DNA of 64,000 bases, taken from assembly GCF_006345805.1 (NCBI RefSeq), contig NC_043001.1, positions 10,354,001 through 10,418,000 on the forward strand, read 5' to 3'. The stretch is from Octopus sinensis. Taxonomy: Eukaryota. The position numbers and the translations under genes were made by a program. Within the stretch, counting starts at the first letter, position 1; each line of letters starts with the position of its first letter. Shown here one piece after another: positions 1-14,470 of the stretch. The notes beneath the pieces were generated by a model, which was not told the origin of the DNA, did no database searches, and worked only from the letters and a program-made list of their open reading frames with translations.

Positions 1-156
1 TGACACCAGTGCATAACTGGTACTTATTTAATCGACCCAGAAAGGATGAAAGGCAAAATCGACCTTGGCGGAATTTGAACTCAGAACGTAGCGAAAGACG
101 AAATACTGCTAAGCATTTTGGCCAGCGTGCTAGCGTTTCTGCCAGCTCACCACCTT
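1..156 (-). mobile_element. SINE F2, partial
   Basis: Reverse complement of the F2 head and body, cut by the window edge. Confidence 0.75.
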
Positions 157-661
157 AGACACACGTAATCTCAACATAGTTCTCATGGAGATTCAGCATG
201 ACACAGAATGTGACAATGCTGGCCTTTTTGCCAGCTGAACAGGCTGGAGCAATGTGAAAGAAAGTGTCTCACTCAAGAAATCAAACTCCTGACCTTATGG
301 TCTTTAGCTAAATACCCTAACCATTGAGCCTAGTGCTTTCACTGTCAACGATTACATTGGTTATTTAAAACGGTCAGCACTGGAATGATTATTTTCTAAT
401 CAGATTAAATGCTTGTAAGAATGGATAGTTTTTTTTTTCACTTGTTTCAGTCATTTGACTGTGGCCATGCTGGAGCACCACCTTTAGTCAAACAAATTGA
501 CCCCAGGACTTATTCTTTTTAAACCTAGTACTTATTCTATCAGTTTCTTTTGCTGAAATGCTAAGTTACGGGAATGTAAGCACACCAACATTGGTGTCAA
601 ACGATGATAGGGGGGACAAACACACATACACGCACACATGCATATATATATAAGATTACAA

Positions 662-890
662 AAGGCGGTGAGCTGGCAGAATCGTTAGCATGCCGGGCGA
701 AATGCTTTGCGGTATTTCGTCCGCCGCTGCGTTCTGAGTTCAAATCCCGCCGAGGTCAACTTTGCCTTTCATCCTTTCGGGGTCAATAAATTAAGTACCA
801 GTTACACACTGGGGTCGTTGTAATCGACTTAATTCGTTTGTCTATCTTTGTTTGTCCCCTCTATGTTTAGCCCCTTGTGAGTAATAAGAA

Positions 891-891
<1 letters not shown>
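662..891 (+). mobile_element. SINE family F2 (tRNA-derived head)
   Basis: ggcggtgagctggcagaatcgttagc...gagttcaaat (B-box-like)...gcctttcatcctttcggggtc...tttagccccttgtg tail. Many homologous copies in the window. Confidence 0.8.
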
Positions 892-930
<39 letters not shown>

Positions 931-931
<1 letters not shown>

Positions 932-1313
932 TCTTTTTACTCTTTTACTCGTTTCAGTCATTTGACTGTGGCCATGCTGGAGCATTGCCTTTAGTAGAGT
1001 AAATCGACCCCAGGACTTATTCTTTGTAAGCCTAGTATTTATTCTATCGGTCACTTTTGCCGAACCACTAAGTTACAGGGACATAAATACACCAGCATCA
1101 GTTGTCAAGCAATGTTGGGGGAACAAACACACACACACATATGTACGATGGGCTTCTTTCAGTTTCCGTCTACCAGATCCACTCACAAGGCTTTGATCAG
1201 CCTGACACTAAAGTAGAAGACACTTGCATAATGTATCACTGTGTCGCATAGTGGGACTGAACCTGGAACCATGTGGTTGGGAAGCAAGCTTCTTACCACA
1301 CAGCCACTCCTGC
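931..1313 (-). mobile_element. SINE family F1 (tRNA-like head ggagtggctgtgtggtaag..., internal CA/TA microsatellite)
   Basis: The minus-strand head has tggctgtgtggtaag (A-box-like) and ggttcagtccc (B-box-like). Many homologous copies; a partial one lies at 439-650. Confidence 0.8.
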
Positions 1314-2903
1314 AAGTATATATAGAAAAATATTATTTCATAGAAATCCATTAGCATCAAGTAATATACCATTTGGAATCATTGTGCTACTATTACAGCA
1401 AAGTTTTAAACTCGATAAGGTTATGGTTTGTTTTTGTTTTTGTGTTTTTCATTCTGTATCCTACCTCTTATTTTTTAACTTCTCTTTCATGCCACAGTTT
1501 TCTTTATGGACATAATGTACCATGCTTTATTGAATACTATTATATTGCTGAAATCAATAATAAAATACATCATGGTAATAATTTTTGAGTTACGTAATGT
1601 TTTTCTTCATCACATCAAAATTTCAATACTTTTTGGAGATAGGTCATTGAAACAAGGTATGCTGGGTGTTTATGGTAATGCTATAAAAGGAACTGAAAGG
1701 CGCCACGGCTTAGATACGTGAATGGAGGACAAGTAAATTTATGAATTTGAATTACATTGTAATTGAATATTTGAAGTTATATGATATTTGTGTTTCATAT
1801 TCTGAAGTAATGAAGGCAGAAATAAGGTAATAATATGAAATAGAATCTGAGGAAAGTAGTAATGATCTTTATTGCGTAATTGTAAGTACAAGCTGTTCGC
1901 AGTGAAATGAGTTAATTTGTTATGAGGAAAAGTTTGATGTTTTAGATAAAGTTCTTTATCAAAGAAGGAAATATAGTTTATACTTTGTCATAAACTAGTC
2001 TTACCCAAATCAGAATGTAGCTATAACTTGAGGCAAAAAGGGATGAAACAAGCTGAATATGTATGTTTATTTTATTTTGTTTTGTCTTTTTTTTTTAAGT
2101 ATATGTTTCAATTGTTAATTAACATATGTTATTGGTTCATTGTGTCCTCATAATTACTTTTCACCCAAACATTAATGAAGCCTTCTTTGCTGGTAGGTCA
2201 CACTTTAAATTTTGTTGTTCGAAAAAGCTAAAATGATTTTCTCTTTTAAGCTGAAGAATAACAATTGTTCGGTCTTTCCTAATAACCAAACTAATATCTG
2301 CTATAGGTAGGTCTTTTATATGTTTAGTCTGTAGCAATTACAGAAACTATCTCCAATCACAGAAATTCTTTTTGTAGTAATTGAATACTATTGCTAGTTA
2401 CTATAGACATAAGCTTCCTGTATGAAACCATTTTATTCTCTTTTTTTTTTTTGCCTATCATTGACATTTTCCTGATAAGATCATATTATGGTGTTTCTGT
2501 TTGCAGTTAGGTGTCTGCTGTGTGATGGCATCTGACTGCTAACAGATATATAGTTTTGATATAAAATGATTTATTCTCTAGACCAGATCTGATTATTTTA
2601 ACTAGAAATATCATTCAACTTGAATAAAGTATTTACTGTCTTTTTCTTTTCCCCATCAGTTTGTGATCAAGTTATATACTGTTTGCTTATCAATTTCTGA
2701 ACTTCTGATTCTAATATATTTTGATGATTTCATTGATTACTGATCGTATTTGTTGTTGTTGTTGTCATCAATCAATGAATTTACTGATGATTTTATTATC
2801 CTGGGCAAAACACAAGCCTTCAGCTTCCACAAAGATCATCTTTTACCAATACATTTTCGCTTGTTGTTATTTCTTGTAATATAATCCTTTACCTATTGAC
2901 ACT

Positions 2904-2904
<1 letters not shown>

Positions 2905-2947
<43 letters not shown>

Positions 2948-2960
2948 TTACTGATGCTGC

Positions 2961-3006
<46 letters not shown>
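2905..3006. repeat. (CTA)n/(TTA)n microsatellites
   Basis: Directly visible. Confidence 0.9.
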
Positions 3007-3007
<1 letters not shown>

Positions 3008-3135
3008 TATGTTAGACTTTTGCTTTACATTTGTACAAGTTGGCTCCAAGTCTCACCCAGAGACCTCAAAAGACAAGTTAGAGGATCATGTTAGTGTTAT
3101 GCCTAGGGTGCCATATATTTGGTTTTGTACTTAGT

Positions 3136-3170
<35 letters not shown>

Positions 3171-4404
3171 TATTATTCTAGCAGAATTGTTTGTGCAACA
3201 GACAAAATACTCAGTGGCATTTCTCCTGGCTCTTTCTTTATATTCTCAGTTCAAATTCTGCTGAGGTCAGCTTTACCTTTTCAGGTTTGATTGAAAACTA
3301 AAAAAAAAAGACTAGTCAAGTGCTGGGATCAATATAAGTGACTTACCTCTTCCCCACAAATTCCTGGTCTGTGTCAAAACTTGAAATCACCACCATCATC
3401 ATCATCATACAAAAGCTATTACATGTTTATGTTTATTAAATTAGCTGGGAAATTATCTTGGGGGTAAGGTGAGAACAGTTCTCCTCCTCAAATCTTAAGA
3501 ATTTTTCTTATGATTCTTGCAGAATACAGGAAGGCATTTTTCTGCAGGTTAACATAAGGTGTCTCAATTTCCGTATCCTTCAGCATTTTAGGTAGCAGCT
3601 GAGTGCACCAGTTGCCACTGGAACATTTTTCTCCTCCATGATCCACAATTGTTTCATCTCTAACTAGAACCTATGTCTCAATTTTTTGGTATCCACTTTA
3701 TTATATGGTATTGCAAAAATTTATGATCTTACACTTTATTTTTTTCTCTCCTTTCCCTGGCAATCATATCTAGTCTCCTTTCTTTAAATGTTTGGTCAAT
3801 CTCAGAAGAGAAATCCCACAAAATCCAGGTTCATGTTCACACCGCTTCCCCTTTGCTTTGAATCCACAAAACCAGCTAACATCCCAAAGCACTCTGTTGA
3901 ATGAGATACAGTCATGCTTTTCAAGCTCCAATACTTTTTGTCATGAATTTCCCCAACCCTTTGGGATGTTTTTTACTTGATTTATGCGATCAGTTTGAAA
4001 AGGGGCTCACCAATTGCATCTGGGTTTCATTGTTTTTCACGTCAACACAACAATTAGCATGTTAAATGGCTTGGATTTTTTAAAACAACTCAAACTCAAT
4101 TTTTCTCCATTAAAATTAAGATGGATTCAAATGAATCCGTAATAATATCTGAAGGAGAAAAGTACTAGAATAAAAGAATGAGTGAGTGAATGAGTGTAGC
4201 AGAAAAAGTTGAGGAAGAATGAGCTGATCCTTGTAGAATCCTTGAAAGTGATATTAGTATTGCTACCATGGTTTTAAAAGTGCATCTAATACAGATTTTT
4301 GAATGCAGCAACAGCAAAAGACTAAAAACAAGTCTTGTAAATGAAAATCAGTCACAGACTAAATGCTGAAAGTTATTGTGTCAGATCTATAAAATATTGT
4401 CCAT

Positions 4405-4668
4405 ATGACTGGCTTCCATGCCAGTGGCATGTAAAAAGTACCAACCGATCGTGGCCGTTGACAGCTTCCCCTGGCATCTGTGCCAGTGGCACGTAAAAAG
4501 CACCCACTACACTCACAGAGTGGTTGGCATTAGGAAGGGCATCTAGCCGTAGAAACACTTCCAGATCAGACTGGAGCCTGGTGCAGCCTCCTGGCTTCCC
4601 AGACCCCAGTCAAACCGTCCAACCCATGCTAGCATGGAAAACGGACATTAAACGATGTTGATGATGAT
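4405..4668 (+). mobile_element. Repeat family F3 (RTE-like 3' end, (GAT)n tail)
   Basis: gagtggttggcattaggaagggcatc...gcatggaaaacggacattaaacgatg. Homologues at ~27538-27647, 33580-33769, 43298-43464 and 57945-57990. Confidence 0.7.
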
Positions 4669-6790
4669 TTTACACAATCTTTATTTTCCCACCTTGTATT
4701 TGATGATGAGGATTTACCTCATTCTGTCCACTGTTCCTCTCTCGTTTGGCTATTAAGATAAATACCAAAGAAATACAGGTTGTAGTCTACTGACTAAATA
4801 GACACTTGCACAAACTGTTGCATTCTGTATTGTTTAACCTTCTGAGGAGAAGCAATATGCTTGAAATTTCAAACTTCAAATTTTAAAGTTAGAGAAGTGA
4901 AGTGCAAAATGCATTTATGTACTTTGTAAACCAGGTCAAATAAAGCAGAACAACTTTAAGATAAGAACCACATTTTCGCAAGTAGTTTCAATATCATATC
5001 CACCACCATTATCCTATTTTCTTTTCTTTTCTTTTCTTTTTTTTTTCTTTCGTATATCTGAAGGGGATTATGCACATAGATTTGTATTAAATTGCTGAGT
5101 ATTAGGATGAAGCAAACAGTCAATAAAAGTCTACTTTTGAAATGGGAAACTAATCTGTGCCGGTCTGTAAAACTAGGCTTTCCAGTTTTGATGCTGAATG
5201 TTGAATATAATGTTAGCTTTCCTTCGGAAGCATTTCAGGTGTGTCTGTCTTTAGAAATATGTGAAATTCAGGATACTTCTGTCATTTCTACTGTGAAATT
5301 ATAGTGTAGATATTAAATAATAAGCCTTCTGTATAATACAAATGTAGCAATGATCATCGCTTCTATCAAGGGAACGTGCCATGTTGCCAAAAATGGATGC
5401 TAAAACTGGAAGTGTTGCTGATGATGGTGAATATTTTACTCAAGTCGTTTTACTAATAATATGTAAAAACTATGACATCTAACAAAATCGACTGCTTAAA
5501 TATATGAAAGAAGAAAGGTAAATATATGTATGTGCACCATGTGTGCTTATGATTATATGCTGCATGACTCCTTGGAGAGTTGTACAATTAAGGCAAAACT
5601 AATAATTCATATGAATGTTGTTCGGTTCCTATTTGCATGAGGAAAGTGATACTGCAACATTGAGTTAAATGGAATGTATTTGTATGTGGTTGTTGTGGAT
5701 ATTGTGCAGTTCTTTAGGAATGATTTTTAAATGCAAGTGCTCTCATGAGTTATGTTTTAAAAGTTGTGTATGGCTAATCAACAGATTCTAGAAAGTTTTT
5801 CAGAGTTCAAATATATGTTTTTTTGCAAAACGATATTATTAGTGATTGTAAAAGGAAAGGTCTCTTTCAAAAACCATCTATTAAGAGTATATTGCAATTT
5901 TTCTTCTGATTTCATTTTGAAGATATTCCGCTTTTTTTTATGTTTCCAGTATCACACTGACACGGAAAGTAAACAAAACTTGATCTCATCCGCAAATAGA
6001 AATATATGGCTACATAAATCATAGGAGAAATATGCACTGAGATTGTATTTCTAAGTTTTAACTGATGAAAGCTACTTAGGAAGATATTTCAAATTGTGTG
6101 TATGTTTGTGTGTCCATATGGCCATATTCATATAAAAATATGTTTGCATATATTTAAACTAGGATATGAATGGACATTGGTGTACTACACAACACACACA
6201 TATACATGAACATACAGTGATATACACGCAAGGATGCACACACAGTCCTGCCCAAACTAGTACTGCTACAAATTTCACCATATTCACAAGTATAATGGTA
6301 CTCACAATGGTTTTGCATGTAATCATACACACCACACTGAAGGGTGTGTTCTTGTAAACTTAAGGAAAAAAAAGGAGTAAGAACCAATTACAATTGAGTC
6401 TATTTATTTCATTGCATAAGTATGGATTAATTGTTATTATAGCCCCGAGTTGGCTCTGATCAAGTAGTCTTATGGTACATAAGTTGTCAAGTTATAACAT
6501 TCTCCTTGGTTTTCTTTTGCCAACTCCAGAAACTGTTTTCTTATACTCTTTTACTCTTTACTCTTTTACTTGTTTCAGTCATTTGACTGCGGTCATGCTG
6601 GAGCATCGCCTTTAGTCGAGGTAATCAACCTTCAGGACTTATTCTATCGGTCTCATTTGCCAAACCGCTAAGTTACGGGGACGTAAACATACCTGTTGAG
6701 CACTTGGGTTGATGTAATCTACTAGCACCCACACCGCCCTCAAAAATTTCAGACCTTGTGCCCATTGTAGAAAGAATTATTATTATTATT

Positions 6791-7005
6791 AAGGTGGTGA
6801 GCTGGCCAAATCGTTAACCTGCCAGGTGAATTGCTTAGCAGTATTTTGTCTGCCACTACGTTCTGAGTTCAAATTCCGCTGAGGTCGACTTTGCCTTTCA
6901 CCCTTTTGGGGGTTGATGAAATAAGTACCAGTTATGCACTGGGGTCAATGTAATTGACTAGCTCCCTTCACCACGAAATTTCAAGACCTTGTGCCTAGAG
7001 TAGAA
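6791..7005 (+). mobile_element. SINE F2-related copy
   Basis: F2 head and body with a variant 3' end. Confidence 0.7.
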
Positions 7006-7177
7006 ATAATTGTTATTCTGTAGTCTTATTTTTATTATCATTATTGCTATTTTCTTTGAGTTTTTCCAAGTTTATGGTAGAATTGTTTGGCAACCTCTTG
7101 GTAGACATCAACTGCAATTGACAGCAGAATAAGAGAATTCCTGATGCTATGAGGCAAGAAAGGATACTAATAGCAGC

Positions 7178-7363
7178 GATGTCATAGGCAACTTTTGTCT
7201 CATAAATCTGTTGAACATTGTGCTTAAGGTTTTGGCTAAAGGGTTAGCAAAGAAATTGGCACTTGTCATCAGTGGTCAGGTTGAGGAAATACCAACTTGC
7301 ACAATCTCAAACTGGCTCTGCTATGACAACCTTCATTTCATGTGATACACCATGGACATTGTT
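7178..7363 (+). mobile_element. Decayed Tx1/L1-like RT fragment
   Basis: NFCLINLLNIVLKVLAKGLAKKLALVISGQVEEIPTCTISNWLCYDNLHFM*YTMD resembles the N(W/F)RPITLLN..LKILAKVLA.RL......QTC.IP.R.I.DNLHLMR segment of Tx1/L1 RTs. Confidence 0.55.
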
Positions 7364-7473
7364 AGGAATAAAACTGGCTTTGGTAGGTTTTTAATCAGTT
7401 TGGATCATTTGAAAGTTTTTTTCGTATGATCAGCCATCATTATTGGGAGGCCTTCCCAAAAGCAGTCACTTTC

Positions 7474-7687
7474 AAGGCGACGAGCTGGCAGAAACATTAG
7501 CATGCCGGGTGAAATTGTTAGCAGTATTTTGTTTTTCTTTATGTTCTGAGTTCAAATTCCACTGAGGTTGACTTCGCCTTTCATCCTTTCAAGGTCGATA
7601 ATTTAAGTACCAGCTTTGTACTGGGGTCAATCTAATTGACTGGCCCCCTTCCCCAAAATTTTTGGCCTTGTGCCATGAGTAGAAAAG

Positions 7688-7690
<3 letters not shown>
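7474..7690 (+). mobile_element. SINE F2-related copy ending in (TTA)n
   Basis: F2 head and body, variant tail, followed by a (TAT)n tract. Confidence 0.7.
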
Positions 7691-7737
<47 letters not shown>

Positions 7738-8215
7738 CATCATCATCTCTCTTACACTATAGTTAAGTGGATTTCATTTAGTAGTTTGAGAGTATTTTCT
7801 GTTGTATATCATCCTTTTGATAGTTAGTATCACTACTTAGTATTACTTGACCTCTCTTTAGTGATACGTATATACACTGTATTACATGAGACGTTTTTTC
7901 ACCTTTTCTTGTTTCTGGATCCCAGCTCTAGTGTCTCTGGATATTAAAATATTGATTATTTGCTCTTGTTAACAACATAACTTCTACTCTATGATGGAGC
8001 TCTGAAAGATTTTTAACATCCTTAGACCCAATTAAATGGACATGCTAGCATTTATACTATTTCTCCAGCCTTTTCTAATTACACTTTGCATATGATCCCA
8101 GTAGGGGTTCCTTACAACATTACCATGCTTTGTCATATATTCTTCTCACCTATTCGACTGCATTTCCATTGTTTTACCATACAGTATAGATTCATTAGTT
8201 TTATTTCTATGCCAT

Positions 8216-8424
8216 ACTCTTTACTCTTTTACTTGTTTCAGTCATGTGACTGTGGCCATTCTGGAGCACTACTTTTAGTCGAGCAAATCGACTCCAGGAC
8301 TTATTCCTTATAAGCCTAGTACTTATTCTATCAGTCTCTTTTGCCGAACTGCTAAGTTACAGTGATATAAACACACCAGCATCGGTTGTCAAGTGATGAC
8401 AAACACAGACACACACATACATAT

Positions 8425-8477
<53 letters not shown>

Positions 8478-8640
8478 TTCGATGGTCTTCTTTCAGTTTC
8501 TGTCTACCAAATCCACTCACAAGGCTTTGGTCAGCCCGAGGCTATAGTAGAAGACACTTGCCCAAGGTGCCACGCAGAGGGACTGAATCCGGAACCATGT
8601 GGTTGGTAAACAAGCTACTTACCATACAGCCACTCCTACG
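8216..8640 (-). mobile_element. SINE F1
   Basis: Full-length homologue of 931-1313. Confidence 0.8.
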
Positions 8641-8718
8641 TCTATATTTAATTTATTTTTCCTCTGCTCCAAAGATCAGTACTTGTGGTGAGATTTTCTT
8701 GGTTTTTGTAATGACCAT

Positions 8719-8754
<36 letters not shown>

Positions 8755-9404
8755 TGTGTGTGTGTTATATTCAGCCATCTTTTTAATAAAAATTTTATGT
8801 ATGAATGTTTTTGGTGACAGTTTTAGCTTTAGTAATTATCCAGACAAACTAAATATCTGTCTCGTCCTTTCTCCCTCTTCACTCTCTCTCTATATATGGG
8901 TATGTTGTATACATTGTATATACACATGTTAACATCATCATTCATTTTAATGTCCACTTTTTCATGCTTACATGGAAAAGTAGTATTCATTGACACAGAT
9001 TTTTCTGTTACCATACACATGCACACGTGCACAAACACACACATGCATTTGGCTTCAACAAATAAGTTGGCCAAATGCACAGCTCTTAAAATTCATCTCT
9101 GGTTGCAGAACAAAATCTTACTAAATTCAAAATGACAGTTGTGAAAGCAATGTTCTAAACTCATGGATCACCAAATTAGTGTCACTTCATTATTTTGCTT
9201 TTTAAAATTTCTTGCAAATTTTTCAAAGTTGCGGTTGCACTTTATACATTTGGATATTTTTAAAACCTAAATTATGATTTGTGCTGCTCAACCATTCCCT
9301 CTCATGCACTTGTGCCTTAACCCCATCAGCTGGGTCTGCTTCCTAAGACCATAGTGAAATGGTAGTAATTGATGAAGAAACAAGTATACAGTAATCCCTC
9401 AGCT

Positions 9405-9785
9405 GTAGAGGCACAATGGCCCAGTGGTTAAGGCAGTGGACTCGCAGTCATAGAATCACGGTTTCGATTCCCAGCCCGGGCGTTGAGTTTTTATTGAGTG
9501 AAAACACCTAAATCTCCATGAGGCTCTGGCAGGTGGGTGGCAAACCCTGCGGTACTCTTTCACCACAACTTTCTATCACTCTTTCTTCCTGTTTCTGTTG
9601 TACTTGTATTTTGAAGGGCCAGCCTTGTCACACTCTGTGTCATGCTGAATCTCCCCAAGAACTACGTTAAGGGTACACGTGTCTGTGGAATGCTCAGCCA
9701 CTTGCATGTTAATTTCATGAGCAGGCTGTTCCATTGATCAAATCAACTTGAACCTTCGTCGTTGTAACTGACAGTGACACGATTC
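9405..9785 (+). mobile_element. SINE family F4 (tRNA-derived head) with 12-bp TSD
   Basis: Head tggcccagtggttaaggcagtggactc...ggtttcgattccc (A/B boxes). TSD AATCCCTCA(G/A)CT at 9393-9404 and 9786-9797. Confidence 0.8.
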
Positions 9786-10429
9786 AATCCCTCAACTAGT
9801 ACAGGTGTTATGGTCCAAAACCTCCCACAGAAATAATTAAAATCTAAAAAATATAAATACCTATTGGCCACAGAAACCTGTGATATAAATTTACATATAC
9901 TAGCCAGAAAAATCCGCGATGTACTGAGTCCACAGTAGGTGATATGATGAGGGATTACTGTATATATATAATGCCAGAAAATATGTCCTGTACATAGTAA
10001 TTTTCTTTAATGAGAGTTGCTAAATAACCTTTGGGAATGACATGTTTAAGAACAAAAGTTAAGCATTGTAACTAACAATCATTTAACAAGTTACAAGAAA
10101 ACCCAAAGTTAGTATCATGAGCATGTCCCCACTCAATATAAAAATACTTGCTATTTTCTCCTGCCAACCATTTTTTCGTTTCTATATTTTTAGTTTCTCT
10201 CATCTCGTGTTCAGTCTTAATTTAGCCTTCTGAATTTTACACTAGCTTATATGAATGTCTCTTACTATGTTATTTCCCTTCACTCAGAATGTTTATCACA
10301 ACTAATTAGTTGTATCTTTCCCTTTTTAATTAGATATTCACATTGCACTGGCATCATTTTTGGTAGATTATTCCTTTTGAGTGTTTATGTATAAACTAAC
10401 CTGTGTGTTTCACTTTTTTGACTTCCTGT

Positions 10430-11130
10430 ATTATACTTGAAAAGTGGTATGGCTGGTGTGTTAATGACTAGGCTTTTACTTTTACCATTTTCCTGAAGTA
10501 TTCCTTTCCAAAACTTCCCTTCGTGTCCGTTACCTTTATCCTATTTGTTATACCTAAGCATCTACAGCTTTCTCTAGCTACCTTTTCTATGGCTTCTTTA
10601 TCTGCTAATTCTATTACATTGCTACCCACTATCAGCTCTTTTTTTATTATATAAACTCGATGCTTTCAAATCCCAAATTCTATCCGCCTATCTTCACTGA
10701 ATCCATCAAGTGTCTTGTACTAAACTGTCTGTTTGATGTCCATTCTTTACAAACAATTTCAGGTCATCCATAAAGAGAATGGGATTTACTTAATGTTGCT
10801 TTCATTTAATAATAAACCCCTTCTTTACCATTCTCGGTACCAGTGTTAAAGTATCATGCACATCACAAGAAGCAAAGGGGATGAGTTATCACCATAAAAG
10901 GGTCCTTTGTTGAGTTTTAATATTTCATACCTTTTCACCAGAATAATTTAATTTCTATTCTGTTTGCTAACACTCTTTACAGTCAAGTTTCTTAGATTCT
11001 CTTCTATCCCTAAAGTCTCTAAATATTGTATTATCCAGATATGGGAAATCATGTCATAGGACTTTTTATCATAAATCCATGATCTGCCATGATTTATATG
11101 ATGCCTCCTGCAAGCTAGGGTCATTAATTC
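10430..11130 (-). mobile_element. Decayed R4/Dong-like non-LTR RT fragment
   Basis: Minus-strand remnants in the correct order: KSYDMISHIWI (cf. KAYDMVPHSWI), GDNSSPLLLVMC (cf. GDSLSPLLF), LFMDDLKLFVKN (rc of ~10739-10777) and VINTPAIP (cf. AINTWAVP). Many stops and frameshifts. Confidence 0.7.
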
Positions 11131-11580
11131 CTCTGCCAGTTGTGTATATTGCCTATCTACATACTCAGTATATACTGTCGGTTATTTTACTGTTGTAACT
11201 TCAACATTATTCTTTTAAAATGGTTGTCTGTATCACAAATGTTTGCACATTAAACACAGAACAGTTCATTTTTGATATTAAGAAAGCTGTTTCATTTCCT
11301 AAATTGATACCTTCACAATTTATGTTAGTATTTGTTTCCTTTGGTCTGCATTTCTTTCAGTTCTTGTGTCTTGGCAAAATTGGTCTGGTTTTGTAAGGAG
11401 CATACAGTTCTGTTTCTATTGTAAACTATGTTTACCAAAATTACAAATTTTTTGTTTTTTTAGTTATGAGTCTCTTGTTCCTATGTTTTACAGACGTTAT
11501 TATTATTATTATTATTCTGGTTATTATTATCACAGTGTCAGACAAAATGAACTTGGGATTTTCTTCTCGTTCTTTATATA

Positions 11581-11948
11581 TCTCTTTTACTTGTTTCAGT
11601 CATGTGACTGTGGCCATGCTGGAGCACCGCCATTAGTCAAACAAATTGACCCTAGGATTTATTCTTTGTAAGCCTAGTACTTATTCTATCAGTCACTAAG
11701 TTACAGGGACATAAACACACCAGTATCAGTTGTCAAGCGATGTTGGGAGAACAAACACAGCCACACAAACATATACACACACATACATATATACAACGGG
11801 CTTCTTTCAGTTTCCGTCTACCAAATCCACTCACAAGGCTTTAGTCAGCCCGAGGCTATAGTAGAAGACACTTGTTCAAGGTGCCATGCAGTGGGACTGA
11901 ACCTGGAACCATGTGGTTGGTAAACAAGCTACTTACCACACAGCCACT
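11581..11948 (-). mobile_element. SINE F1
   Basis: Near full-length homologue. Confidence 0.8.
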
Positions 11949-13425
11949 TGTAATTTTGGTTGTTTAAATCATGAGTCTCTTGTCCTTATGTTTTACAGAC
12001 ATTATTATTATTATTATTATGGTTATTATTATTACAGTGTCGGACAAGATGAACTGGGGGTTTTCTTCTGGTTCTTTATATATGTTCAAATCCTATTGAG
12101 GTAAACTTTGCATTTCATCCTTTAAGGGTCAATAAAATATGATACTGGTCAAGTAATGGAGTTGATGTTATCGATTATCTCCCTCTCCTCAAAAATTGCT
12201 AACCTTATGCTAAAATCCGAAGCCATTATTATTGATGTAACCGGTGGTAGAAAGGCCTTAGGGTATTTCCTCCTATTCTTCGGGTTCTGTGTTCAATCTA
12301 AGTAGGGGTCAGTTTGCCTTTTATTTGATGAAATAAACATCAGTCAATTACTCAAGACCAATTAAACCAACTGTAGATCTCCCCCAAAATTGACAACTTG
12401 TGAGTGGATTTGGTAGACGGAAACTGAAAGAAGCCTGTCGTATATATGTATATATGTATGTATGTGTGTGTATAAGGCATTATTTCTTATTAGAACAGTA
12501 ATCATCAGACACTGGCTCTAGTTCCTCTTCTGCTACATTTACCAATGATATCTCTTCATTCCTCACAATTTATTTTGTTGCTATTTTGGACTTTGTAAGC
12601 AAATTTACATTTTTTTTTTTTGCAGTTAGAATATAAATAAAATATCGAAAAGAGTATTTTAATGCAATCATTTTGCAGTCAGATATATTTTGGACTATTA
12701 TTTATTTTTTTTTCAACAGAAAACCACTGAAAGAACTGCATTTCATCATAGTTTCTATTTACGATGTGCTCTTCTCCAGCATTTTAACAAGCTATTCGCT
12801 GTACGGAAGTTGAGCATTGATCCAGATTCCATGGGTTTTAAGACCCTTTACTCACTCTAATATCATATAAAATATAAAACTCTTTTGTTAGTTTATAAAC
12901 TGCCTTTGAGATATTCATTTTTAAACTTGCACAGTTTTGCTTTCTTTCTAAATGAAAGATAACTTCATTTTATATTTGTGATTTACTGCAAGAATCAATA
13001 TTGTTTTTGATATTCGAAATTATTTTTTGATTTTTGAAAATTATTGCTTGAGCTATATCTATGACTGTAATCTAATATATAAGTGTTAATATCTTTAGAA
13101 AAAAGATATTTCCTATATTTTATAGTGTAACAGTATGTTTGTGTGCACACCAGACGCGTGTGTGTGTATATGAGTGTATATATGTATGTATACACTCATA
13201 AAATGCTCATGAATAAAGATGTACATCAACGAACATATGCATGCACGTACATGTGATTACGTGTATATATATATATATACATAAATATATATGTCTATAA
13301 AATATATCTTTGTATCTATGTATAGCAGTGTATATATACATTTGTATACTTAAATTTGTATTTATGTCCAAGTGTATGCGTACAAATATATATATATATA
13401 GATAGATAGTTACTTACTCTCACAT

Positions 13426-13426
13426 T

Positions 13427-13478
<52 letters not shown>

Positions 13479-13625
13479 GTATATCTATATGTATATGTCT
13501 ATATGTGTATATATATGTGTATATGTCTATATGTGTATATATATGTATATATGTATATATATATATATGTGTATGTATATATATGTATGTGTATATATAT
13601 GTATGTGTATATGTATATACATGTA

Positions 13626-13658
<33 letters not shown>

Positions 13659-13811
13659 CTATATGTATGTATATATATATATATATGTGTGTGTATATAT
13701 GTATGTATATATATGTGTGTATATATGTGTGCGTATATATGTATGTATATATGTGTGTATATATGTATGTATATATATATATTTATATATATATGTATGT
13801 GTTTAAATGTA

Positions 13812-13863
<52 letters not shown>

Positions 13864-14219
13864 TTATATGTATATATATATGTATGTGTGTATATATGTG
13901 TATATATATATATGTATGTGTGTATATATGTGTATATATATATGTATGTGTGTATATATGTGTATATATATATATGTATGTGTGTATATATGTGTATATA
14001 TATATATGTATGTGTATATGTATATACATGTATGTATATATATATATATATGTATATATGTATCTATATGTATGTATATATATATATATATGTGTGTGTA
14101 TATATGTATGTATATATATGTGTGTATATATGTGTGCGTATATATGTATGTATATATGTGTGTATATATGTATGTATATATATATTTATATATATATATA
14201 TGTATGTGTTTAAATGTAT

Positions 14220-14272
<53 letters not shown>

Positions 14273-14470
14273 TTATATGTGTATATATATATGTATGTGT
14301 GTATATATGTGTATATATATATATGTATGTGTGTATATATGTGTATATATATATGTATGTGTGTATATATGTGTATATATATATATGTATGTGTGTATAT
14401 ATGTGCATATATATATGTATATGTGTATATGTATATACATGTGTGTGTGTATATATATATACATACACAC
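13426..14470. repeat. Compound (TA/TG)n microsatellite with a ~408-bp higher-order period
   Basis: Rare landmarks recur: gcgt at 13731/14136, tttaaatg at ~13802/14209, gtttatatg at ~13862/14271. Confidence 0.8.

Noticed and set aside
8393-8932. 179-aa ORF
   Set aside because: It is built from an F1 SINE plus (TA)n and (GA)n tracts, with no protein-like content.
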